Part shown: in pieces, positions 1 to 11,005 of the stretch
Layout of the letters: each line of letters starts with the position of its first letter
Position numbering within the stretch: the stretch's first letter is position 1
The notes under the pieces: model-generated
The model's database searches: none
What the model was told of the DNA's origin: nothing
What the model saw: the letters and a program-made list of their open reading frames with translations, nothing else
Position numbers and translations under genes: made by a program
Origin: Auanema rhodensis
Taxonomy: Eukaryota; Animalia; Nematoda
Length of the DNA: 64,000 bases
Direction of reading: 5' to 3'
NCBI GenBank assembly: GCA_964057225.1
Contig: OZ059895.1
Coordinates: 3,658,001 to 3,722,000, forward strand

Positions 1-78
1 TACACCCATAAATTATACGCAGCACAGGTTACCCTTAAATAATGAACTGACCGACTAATCAGACATGGATCTTTCCTA

Positions 79-145
79 GTTCTGTTGCTTGAATGGATGT
101 TTTCCTACGTAGGCTAGTAAAACATGCCCTTCAAAGCATCAGAAC
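79..145. other. Imperfect inverted repeat (about 23 bp stem) enclosing the perfect palindrome CCTACGTAGG, present in every monomer
   Basis: GTTCTG(79-84)/CAGAAC(140-145), TGC(86-88)/GCA(136-138), TTGAA(89-93)/TTCAA(130-134), GG(95-96)/CC(127-128), ATGTTTT(97-103)/AAAACAT(119-125); palindrome at 104-113. Confidence 0.9.
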
Positions 146-190
146 ATGTGATCACATTCCAATATTTTTGTATCTATCTTGTAAAGATAG
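146..190. other. 12-bp palindrome ATGTGATCACAT, T-tract and short stem-loop CTATCTT-GTA-AAGATAG in each monomer
   Basis: Palindrome at 146-157, broken by the common GACCAC variant; 7-bp stem at 174-180/184-190. Confidence 0.88.
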
Positions 191-590
191 TAATATATCA
201 TATGTTGAACACTATGTTGGAAAGATTTTAATTCAGATTTTTTCAACTTTCACTCAGTTTGTTTTCTAAACTTTGATTAATAACCTTGATTTTTGTACAC
301 CCATAAATTATACGCAGCACAGGTTACCCTTAAATAATGATTTGACCGACTAATCAGACATGGATCTTTCCAAGTTCTGTTGCTTGAATGGATGTTTTCC
401 TACGTAGGCTAGTAAAACATGCCCTTCAAAGCATCAGAACATGTGATCACATTCCAATTTTTTTGTATCTATCTTGTAAAGATAGTAATATATCATATGT
501 TGAACACTATGTTGGAAAGATTTTAATTCAGATTTTTTCAACTTTCACTCAGTTTGTTTTCTAAACTTTGATTAAGAACCTTGTTGTTTG

Positions 591-799
591 TACACCCATA
601 AAATATACGCAGCACAGGTTACCCTTAAATAATGAACTGACCGTCTAATCAGACATGGATCTTCCCAAGTTCTGTTGCTTGAATGGATGTTTTCCTACGT
701 AGGCTAGTAAAACATGCCCTTCAAAGCATCAGAACATGTGATCACATTCCAATTTTTTTGTATCTATCTTGTAAAGATAGTAATAAACTTTGATTTTTG
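591..799 (+). repeat. Representative 209-bp short monomer, type S, lacking monomer positions 196-281
   Basis: Junction GATAGTAATA|AACTTTGATTTTTG at 785/786; the same junction recurs throughout the window. Confidence 0.97.
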
Positions 800-1389
800 T
801 ACACCCATAAATTATACGCAGCACAGGTTACCCTTAAATAATGAACTGACCGACTAATCAGACATGGATCTTTCCAAGTTCTGTTGCTTGAACGGATGTT
901 TTCCTACGTAGGCTAGTAAAACATGCCCTTCAAAGCATCAGAACATGTGACCACATTTCTATTTTTTTGTATCTATCTTGTAAAGATAGTAATATATCAT
1001 ATGTTGAACACTATGTTGGAAAGATTTTAATTCAGATTTTTTCAACTTTCACTCAGTTTGTTTTCTAAACTTTGATTAAGAACCTTGTTGTTTGTACACC
1101 CATAAAATATACGCAGCACAGGTTACCCTTAAATAATGAACTGACCGTCTAATCAGACATGGATCTTCCCAAGTTCTGTTGCTTGAACGGATGTTTTCCT
1201 ACGTAGGCTAGTAAAACATGCCCTTCAAAGCATCAGAACATGTGATCAGATTCCAATTTTTTTGTATCTATCTTGTAAAGATAGTAATATATCATATGTT
1301 GAACACTATGTTGGAAAGATTTTAATTCAGATTTTTTCAACTTTCACTCAGTTTGTTTTCTAAACTTTGATTAAGAACCTTGTTGTTTG

Positions 1390-1695
1390 TACACCCATAA
1401 AATATACGCAGCACAGGTTACCCTTAAATAATGAACTGACCGTCTAATCAAACATGGATCTTACCAAGTTCTGTTGCTTGAATGGATGTTTTCCTACGTA
1501 GGCTAGTAAAACATGCCCTTCAAAGCATCAGAACATGTGATCACATTCCAATTTTTTCGTATCTCTCTTGTAAAGATAGTAATATATCATATGTTGAACA
1601 CTATGTTGGAAAGATTTTAATTCAGATTTTAATTCAGATTTTCTAACTTTTATTCAGTTTGTTTTTTAAACTTTGATTAAGAACTTTGATTTTTG
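1390..1695 (+). repeat. 306-bp monomer: type B with a tandem 12-bp duplication TTTTAATTCAGA
   Basis: Duplication at 1615-1638; also at 6332-6355, 7142-7165 (one mismatch) and 10348-10371. Confidence 0.95.
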
Positions 1696-2703
1696 TACAC
1701 CCATAAATTATACGCAGCACAGGTTACCCTTAAATAATGAACTGACCGACTAATCAGACATGGATCTTTCCTAGTTCTGTTGCTTGAATGAATGTTTTCC
1801 TACGTAGGCTAGTAAAACATGCCCTTCAAAGCATCAGAACATGTGATCACATTCCAATTTTTTTGTATCTATCTTGTAAAGATAGTAATATATCATATGT
1901 TGAACACTATGTTGGAAAGATTTTAATTCAGATTTTTTCAACTTTCACTCAGTTTGTTTTCTAAACTTTGATTAAGAACCTTGAGTTTTGTACACCCATA
2001 AATTATACGCAGCACAGGTTACCCTTAAATAATGAACTGACCGACTAATCAGACATCGATCTTCCCAAGTTCTGTTGCTTGAATGGATGTTTTCCTACGT
2101 AGGCTAGTAAAACATGCCCTTCAAAGCATCAGAACATGTGATCACATTCCAATTTTTTTGTATCTATCTTGTAAAGATAGTAATAAACTTTGATTTTTGT
2201 ACACCCATAAATTATACGCAGCACAGGTTACCCTTAAATAATGAACTGACCGACTAATCAGACATGGATCTTTCCAAGTTCTGTTGCTTGAACGGATGTT
2301 TTCCTACGTAGGCTAGTAAAACATGCCCTTCAAAGCATCAGAACATGTGACCACATTCCAATTTTTTTGTATCTATCTTGTAAAGATAGTAATATATCAT
2401 ATGTTGAACACTATGTTGGAAAGATTTTAATTCAGATTTTTTCAACTTTCACTCAGTTTGTTTTCTAAACTTTGATTAAGAACCTTGTTGTTTGTACACC
2501 CATAAAATATACGCAGCACAGGTTACCCTTAAATAATGAACTGACCGTCTAATCAGACATGGATCTTCCCAAGTTCTGTTGCTTGAATGGATGTTTTCCT
2601 ACGTAGGCTAGTAAAACATGCCCTTCAAAGCATCAGAACATGTGATCACATTCCAATTTTTTTGTATCTATCTTGTAAAGATAGTAATAAACTTTGATTT
2701 TTG

Positions 2704-2997
2704 TACACCCATAAATTATACGCAGCACAGGTTACCCTTAAATAATGAACTGACCGACTAATCAGACACGGATCTTTCCTAGTTCTGTTGCTTGAATGGA
2801 TGTTTTCCTACGTAGGCTAGTAAAACATGCCCTTCAAAGCATCAGAACATGTGATCACATTCCAATTTTTTTGTATCTATTTTGTAAAGATAGTAATATA
2901 TCATATGTTGAACACTATGTTGGAAAGATTTTAATTCAGATTTTCTAACTTTTATTCAGTTTGTTTTTTAAACTTTGATTAAGAACTTTGATTTTTG
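2704..2997 (+). repeat. Representative 294-bp monomer, type B (CAGATTTTCTAACTTTTA[T/A]TCAG); type C has TTTTCGAAC and is usually followed by CCCTTAATTAATG
   Basis: Period 2704->2998; one base shorter than type A in the T-tract after TTCAGA. Confidence 0.95.
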
Positions 2998-3439
2998 TAC
3001 ACCCATAAATTATACGCAGCACAGGTTACCCTTAAATAATGAACTGACCGACTAATCAGACATGGATCTTTCCTAGTTCTGTTGCTTGAATGGATGTTTT
3101 CCTACGTAGGCTAGTAAAACATGCCCTTCAAAACATCAGAACATGTGATCACATTCCAATTTTTTTGTATCTGTTTTGTAAAGATAGTAATAAACTTTGA
3201 TTTTTGTACACCCATAAATTATACGCAGCACAGGTTACCCTTAAATAATGAACTGACCGACTAATCAGACATGGATCTTTCCTAGTTCTGTTGCTTGAAT
3301 GGATGTTTTCCTACGTAGGCTAGTAAAACATGCCCTTCAAAGCATCAGAACATGTGATCACATTCCAATTTTTCTGTATCTATCTTGTAAAGATAGTAAT
3401 ATATCATATGTTGAACACTATGTTGGAAAGATTTTAATT

Positions 3440-6400
3440 CAGATTTTCTCAACTTTCACTCAGTTTGTTTTCTTAACTTTGATTAAGAACCTTGAGTTTT
3501 GTACACCCATAAATTATACGCAGCACAGGTTACCCTTAAATAATGAACTGACCGACTAATCAGACATGGATCTTTCCTAGTTCTGTTGCTTGAATGGATG
3601 TTTTCCTACGTAGGCTAGTAAAACATGCCCTTCAAAGCATCAGAACATGTGATCACATTCCAATATTTTTGTATCTATCTTGTAAAGATAGTAATATATC
3701 ATATGTTGAACACTATGTTGGAAAGATTTTAATTCAGATTTTTTCAACTTTCACTCAGTTTGTTTTCTAAACTTTGATTAAGAACCTTGAGTTTTGTACA
3801 CCCATAAATTATACGCAGCACAGGTTACCTTTAAATAATGAACTGACCGACTAATCAGACATGGATCTTTCCTAGTTCTGTTGCTTGAATGGATGTTTTC
3901 CTACGTAGGCTAGTAAAACATGCCCTTCAAAGCATCAGAACATGTGATCACATTCCAATTTTTTTGTATCTATCTTGTAAAGATAGTAATATATCATATG
4001 TTGAACACTATGTTGGAAAAATTTTAATTCAGATTTTCGAACTTTTATTCAGTTTGTTTTTCAAACTTTGATTAAGAACTTTGATTTTCGTACTCCCATA
4101 AATTATACGCAGCACAGGTTACCCTTAATTAATGAACTGACCGACTAATCAGACATGGATCTTTCCAAGTTCTGTTGCTTGAACGGATGTTTTCCTACGT
4201 AGGCTAGTAAAACATGCCCTTCAAAGCATCAGAACATGTGACCACATTCCAATTTTTTTGTATCTATCTTGTAAAGATAGTAATAAACTTTGATTTTTGT
4301 ACACCCATAAATTATACGCAGCACAGGTTACCCTTAAATAATGATTTGACCGACTAATCAGACATGGATCTTTCCAAGTTCTGTTGCTTGAATGGATGTT
4401 TTCCTACGTAGGCTAGTAAAACATGCCCTTCAAAGCATCAGAACATGTGATCACATTCCAATTTTTTTGTATCTATCTTGTAAAGATAGTAATATATCAT
4501 ATGTTGAACACTATGTTGGATAGATTTTAATTCAGATTTTTTCAACTTTCACTCAGTTTGTTTTCTAAACTTTGATTAAGAACCTTGTTGTTTGTACACC
4601 CATAAAATATACGCAGCACAGGTTACCCTTAAATAATGAACTGACCGTCTAATCAGACATGGATCTTCCCAAGTTCTGTTGCTTGAATGGATGTTTTCCT
4701 ACGTAGGCTAGTAAAACATGCCCTTCAAAGCATCAGAACATGTGATCACATTCCAATTTTTTTGTATCTATCTTGTAAAGATAGTAATAAACTTTGATTT
4801 TTGTACACCCATAAATTATACGCAGCACAGGTTACCCTTAAATAATGAACTGACCGACTAATCAGACATGGATCTTTCCAAGTTCTGTTGCTTGAACGGA
4901 TGTTTTCCTACGTAGGCTAGTAAAACATGCCCTTCAAAGCATCAGAACATGTGACCACATTCCAATTTTTTTGTATCTATCTTGTAAAGATAGTAATAAA
5001 CTTTGATTTTTGTACACCCATAAATTATACGCAGCACAGGTTACCCTTAAATAATGATTTGACCGACTAATCAGACATGGATCTTTCCAAGTTCTGTTGC
5101 TTGAATGGATGTTTTCCTACGTAGGCTAGTAAAACATGCCCTTCAAAGCATCAGAACATGTGATCACATTCCAATTTTTTTGTATCTATCTTGTAAAGAT
5201 AGTAATATATCATATGTTGAACACTATGTTGGAAAGATTTTAATTCAGATTTTTTCAACTTTCACTCAGTTTGTTTTCTAAACTTTGATTAAGAACCTTG
5301 TTGTTTGTACACCCATAAAATATACGCAGCACAGGTTACCCTTAAATAATGAACTGACCGTCTAATCAGACATGGATCTTCCCAAGTTCTGTTGCTTGAA
5401 TGGATGTTTTCCTACGTAGGCTAGTAAAACATGCCCTTCAAAGCATCAGAACATGTGATCACATTCCAATTTTTTTGTATCTATCTTGTAAAGATAGTAA
5501 TAAACTTTGATTTTTGTACACCCATAAATTATACGCAGCACAGGTTACCCTTAAATAATGAACTGACCGACTAATCAGACATGGATCTTTCCAAGTTCTG
5601 TTGCTTGAACGGATGTTTTCCTACGTAGGCTAGTAAAACATGCCCTTCAAAGCATCAGAACATGTGACCACATTTCTATTTTTTTGTATCTATCTTGTAA
5701 AGATAGTAATATATCATATGTTGAACACTATGTTGGAAAGATTTTAATTCAGATTTTTTCAACTTTCACTCAGTTTGTTTTCTAAACTTTGATTAAGAAC
5801 CTTGTTGTTTGTACACCCATAAAATATACGCAGCACAGGTTACCCTTAAATAATGAACTGACCGTCTAATCAGACATGGATCTTCCCAAGTTCTGTTGCT
5901 TGAACGGATGTTTTCCTACGTAGGCTAGTAAAACATGCCCTTCAAAGCATCAGAACATGTGATCAGATTCCAATTTTTTTGTATCTATCTTGTAAAGATA
6001 GTAATATATCATATGTTGAACACTATGTTGGAAAGATTTTAATTCAGATTTTTTCAACTTTCACTCAGTTTGTTTTCTAAACTTTGATTAAGAACCTTGT
6101 TGTTTGTACACCCATAAAATATACGCAGCACAGGTTACCCTTAAATAATGAACTGACCGTCTAATCAGACATGGATCTTACCAAGTTCTGTTGCTTGAAT
6201 GGATGTTTTCCTACGTAGGCTAGTAAAACATGCCCTTCAAAGCATCAGAACATGTGATCACATTCCAATTTTTTTGTATCTCTCTTGTAAAGATAGTAAT
6301 ATATCATATGTTGAACACTATGTTGGAAAGATTTTAATTCAGATTTTAATTCAGATTTTCTAACTTTTATTCAGTTTGTTTTTTAAACTTTGATTAAGAA

Positions 6401-9400
6401 CTTTGATTTTTGTACACCCATAAATTATACGCAGCACAGGTTACCCTTAAATAATGAACTGACCGACTAATCAGACATGGATCTTCCCAAGTTCTGTTGC
6501 TTGAATGGATGTTTTCCTACGTAGGCTAGTAAAACATGCCCTTCAAAGCATCAGAACATGTGATCACATTCCAATTTTTTTGTATCTATCTTGTAAAGAT
6601 AGTAATAAACTTTGATTTTTGTACACCCATAAATTATACGCAGCACAGGTTACCCTTAAATAATGAACTGACCGACTAATCAGACATGGATCTTTCCAAG
6701 TTCTGTTGCTTGAACGGATGTTTTCCTACGTAGGCTAGTAAAACATGCCCTTCAAAGCATCAGAACATGTGACCACATTCCAATTTTTTTGTATCTATCT
6801 TGTAAAGATAGTAATATATCATATGTTGAACACTATGTTGGAAAGATTTTAATTCAGATTTTTTCAACTTTCACTCAGTTTGTTTTCTAAACTTTGATTA
6901 AGAACCTTGTTGTTTGTACACCCATAAAATATACGCAGCACAGGTTACCCTTAAATAATGAACTGACCGTCTAATCAGACATGGATCTTACCAAGTTCTG
7001 TTGCTTGAATGGATGTTTTCCTACGTAGGCTAGTAAAACATGCCCTTCAAAGCATCAGAACATGTGATCACATTCCAATTTTTTTGTATCTCTCTTGTAA
7101 AGATAGTAATAAATCATATGTTGAACACTATGTTGGAAAGATTTTAATTCACATTTTAATTCAGATTTTCTAACTTTTATTCAGTTTGTTTTTTAAACTT
7201 TGATTAAGAACTTTGATTTTTGTACACCCATAAATTATACGCAGCACAGGTTACCCTTAAATAATGAACTGACCGTCTAATCAGACATGGATCTTCCCAA
7301 GTTCTGTTGCTTGAACGGATGTTTTCCTACGTAGGCTAGTAAAACATGCCCTTCAAAGCATCAGAACATGTGATCAGATTCCAATTTTTTTGTATCTATC
7401 TTGTAAAGATAGTAATATATCATATGTTGAACACTATGTTGGAAAGATTTTAATTCAGATTTTTTCAACTTTCACTCAGTTTGTTTTCTTAACTTTGATT
7501 AAGAACCTTGAGTTTTGTACACCCATAAATTATACGCAGCACAGGTTACCCTTAAATAATGAACTGACCGACTAATCAGACATGGATCTTTCCTAGTTCT
7601 GTTGCTTGAATGGATGTTTTCCTACGTAGGCTAGTAAAACATGCCCTTCAAAGCATCAGAACATGTGATCACATTCCAATATTTTTGTATCTATCGTGTA
7701 AAGATAGTAATATATCATATGTTGAACACTATGTTGGAAAGATTTTAATTCAGATTTTTTCAACTTTCACTCAGTTTGTTTTCTAAACTTTGATTAAGAA
7801 CCTTGAGTTTTGTACACCCATAAATTATACGCAGCACAGGTTACCCTTAAATAATGAACTGACCGACTAATCAGACATGGATCTTTCCTAGTTCTGTTGC
7901 TTGAATGGATGTTTTCCTACGTAGGCTAGTAAAACATGCCCTTCAAAGCATCAGAACATGTGATCACATTCCAATTTTTTTGTATCTATCTTGTAAAGAT
8001 AGTAATATATCATATGTTGAACACTATGTTGGAAAAATTTTAATTCAGATTTTCGAACTTTTATTCAGTTTGTTTTTCAAACTTTGATTAAGAACTTTGA
8101 TTTTCGTACTCCCATAAATTATACGCAGCACAGGTTACCCTTAATTAATGAACTGACCGACTAATCAGACATGGATCTTTCCAAGTTCTGTTGCTTGAAC
8201 GGATGTTTTCCTACGTAGGCTAGTAAAACATGCCCTTCAAAGCATCAGAACATGTGACCACATTCCAATTTTTTTGTATCTATCTTGTAAAGATAGTAAT
8301 AAACTTTGATTTTTGTACACCCATAAATTATACGCAGCACAGGTTACCCTTAAATAATGATTTGACCGACTAATCAGACATGGATCTTTCCAAGTTCTGT
8401 TGCTTGAATGGATGTTTTCCTACGTAGGCTAGTAAAACATGCCCTTCAAAGCATCAGAACATGTGATCACATTCCAATTTTTTTGTATCTATCTTGTAAA
8501 GATAGTAATATATCATATGTTGAACACTATGTTGGAAAGATTTTAATTCAGATTTTTTCAACTTTCACTCAGTTTGTTTTCTAAACTTTGATTAAGAACC
8601 TTGTTGTTTGTACACCCATAAAATATACGCAGCACAGGTTACCCTTAAATAATGAACTGACCGTCTAATCAGACATGGATCTTCCCAAGTTCTGTTGCTT
8701 GAATGGATGTTTTCCTACGTAGGCTAGTAAAACATGCCCTTCAAAGCATCAGAACATGTGATCACATTCCAATTTTTTTGTATCTATCTTGTAAAGATAG
8801 TAATAAACTTTGATTTTTGTACACCCATAAATTATACGCAGCACAGGTTACCCTTAAATAATGAACTGACCGACTAATCAGACATGGATCTTTCCAAGTT
8901 CTGTTGCTTGAACGGATGTTTTCCTACGTAGGCTAGTAAAACATGCCCTTCAAAGCATCAGAACATGTGACCACATTCCAATTTTTTTGTATCTATCTTG
9001 TAAAGATAGTAATAAACTTTGATTTTTGTACACCCATAAATTATACGCAGCACAGGTTACCCTTAAATAATGATTTGACCGACTAATCAGACATGGATCT
9101 TTCCAAGTTCTGTTGCTTGAATGGATGTTTTCCTACGTAGGCTAGTAAAACATGCCCTTCAAAGCATCAGAACATGTGATCACATTCCAATTTTTTTGTA
9201 TCTATCTTGTAAAGATAGTAATATATCATATGTTGAACACTATGTTGGAAAGATTTTAATTCAGATTTTTTCAACTTTCACTCAGTTTGTTTTCTAAACT
9301 TTGATTAAGAACCTTGTTGTTTGTACACCCATAAAATATACGCAGCACAGGTTACCCTTAAATAATGAACTGACCGTCTAATCAGACATGGATCTTCCCA

Positions 9401-11005
9401 AGTTCTGTTGCTTGAATGGATGTTTTCCTACGTAGGCTAGTAAAACATGCCCTTCAAAGCATCAGAACATGTGATCACATTCCAATTTTTTTGTATCTAT
9501 CTTGTAAAGATAGTAATAAACTTTGATTTTTGTACACCCATAAATTATACGCAGCACAGGTTACCCTTAAATAATGAACTGACCGACTAATCAGACATGG
9601 ATCTTTCCAAGTTCTGTTGCTTGAACGGATGTTTTCCTACGTAGGCTAGTAAAACATGCCCTTCAAAGCATCAGAACATGTGACCACATTTCTATTTTTT
9701 TGTATCTATCTTGTAAAGATAGTAATATATCATATGTTGAACACTATGTTGGAAAGATTTTAATTCAGATTTTTTCAACTTTCACTCAGTTTGTTTTCTA
9801 AACTTTGATTAAGAACCTTGTTGTTTGTACACCCATAAAATATACGCAGCACAGGTTACCCTTAAATAATGAACTGACCGTCTAATCAGACATGGATCTT
9901 CCCAAGTTCTGTTGCTTGAACGGATGTTTTCCTACGTAGGCTAGTAAAACATGCCCTTCAAAGCATCAGAACATGTGATCAGATTCCAATTTTTTTGTAT
10001 CTATCTTGTAAAGATAGTAATATATCATATGTTGAACACTATGTTGGAAAGATTTTAATTCAGATTTTTTCAACTTTCACTCAGTTTGTTTTCTAAACTT
10101 TGATTAAGAACCTTGTTGTTTGTACACCCATAAAATATACGCAGCACAGGTTACCCTTAAATAATGAACTGACCGTCTAATCAGACATGGATCTTACCAA
10201 GTTCTGTTGCTTGAATGGATGTTTTCCTACGTAGGCTAGTAAAACATGCCCTTCAAAGCATCAGAACATGTGATCACATTCCAATTTTTTTGTATCTCTC
10301 TTGTAAAGATAGTAATATATCATATGTTGAACACTATGTTGGAAAGATTTTAATTCAGATTTTAATTCAGATTTTCTAACTTTTATTCAGTTTGTTTTTT
10401 AAACTTTGATTAAGAACTTTGATTTTTGTACACCCATAAATTATACGCAGCACAGGTTACCCTTAAATAATGAACTGACCGACTAATCAGACATGGATCT
10501 TCCCAAGTTCTGTTGCTTGAATGGATGTTTTCCTACGTAGGCTAGTAAAACATGCCCTTCAAAGCATCAGAACATGTGATCACATTCCAATTTTTTTGTA
10601 TCTATCTTGTAAAGATAGTAATAAACTTTGATTTTTGTACACCCATAAATTATACGCAGCACAGGTTACCCTTAAATAATGAACTGACCGACTAATCAGA
10701 CATGGATCTTTCCAAGTTCTGTTGCTTGAACGGATGTTTTCCTACGTAGGCTAGTAAAACATGCCCTTCAAAGCATCAGAACATGTGACCACATTCCAAT
10801 TTTTTTGTATCTATCTTGTAAAGATAGTAATATATCATATGTTGAACACTATGTTGGAAAGATTTTAATTCAGATTTTTTCAACTTTCACTCAGTTTGTT
10901 TTCTAAACTTTGATTAAGAACCTTGTTGTTTGTACACCCATAAAATATACGCAGCACAGGTTACCCTTAAATAATGAACTGACCGTCTAATCAGACATGG
11001 ATCTT
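3440..11005 (+). repeat. Block duplication of about 3.5 kb with offset 4016 bp (about 3440-6990 vs about 7456-11005)
   Basis: Rare variants (TTCTTAAC, GGAAAAATT, CGTACTCCC, the 12-bp duplication at 6332/10348) and identical ORFs at 3889 and 7905 all share the 4016 offset. Confidence 0.9.

Larger units (their letters stand above)
1..295 (+). repeat. Representative 295-bp monomer, type A (CAGATTTTTTCAACTTTCACTCAG)
   Basis: Period 1->296->591. Hand count gives 95/295 G+C (32%); positions 1-160 are about 40% GC and 161-295 about 23% GC. Confidence 0.97.

Noticed and set aside
104-118. Helitron 3' terminus (palindrome followed by CTAG|T)
   Set aside because: The palindrome abuts CTAG with no spacer of about 10 nt, it is short, and no other Helitron hallmark is present.
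47-145. Satellite-encoded hammerhead ribozyme (CTGACCGA on +, CTGATGC on -)
   Set aside because: Neither matches the CUGANGA core, and no correctly placed GAAA or three-way junction was found.
147-156. TGTGA-TCACA resembling a bacterial CRP site
   Set aside because: It lacks the 6-bp spacer and there is no bacterial gene context.
1-295. 5S rRNA, tRNA or U5 snRNA gene in the repeat unit; CENP-B box
   Set aside because: No 5S or tRNA A/B/C box motifs or cloverleaf, no U5 loop I GCCTTTTAC, and no TTCG-N4-A-N2-CGGG were seen.
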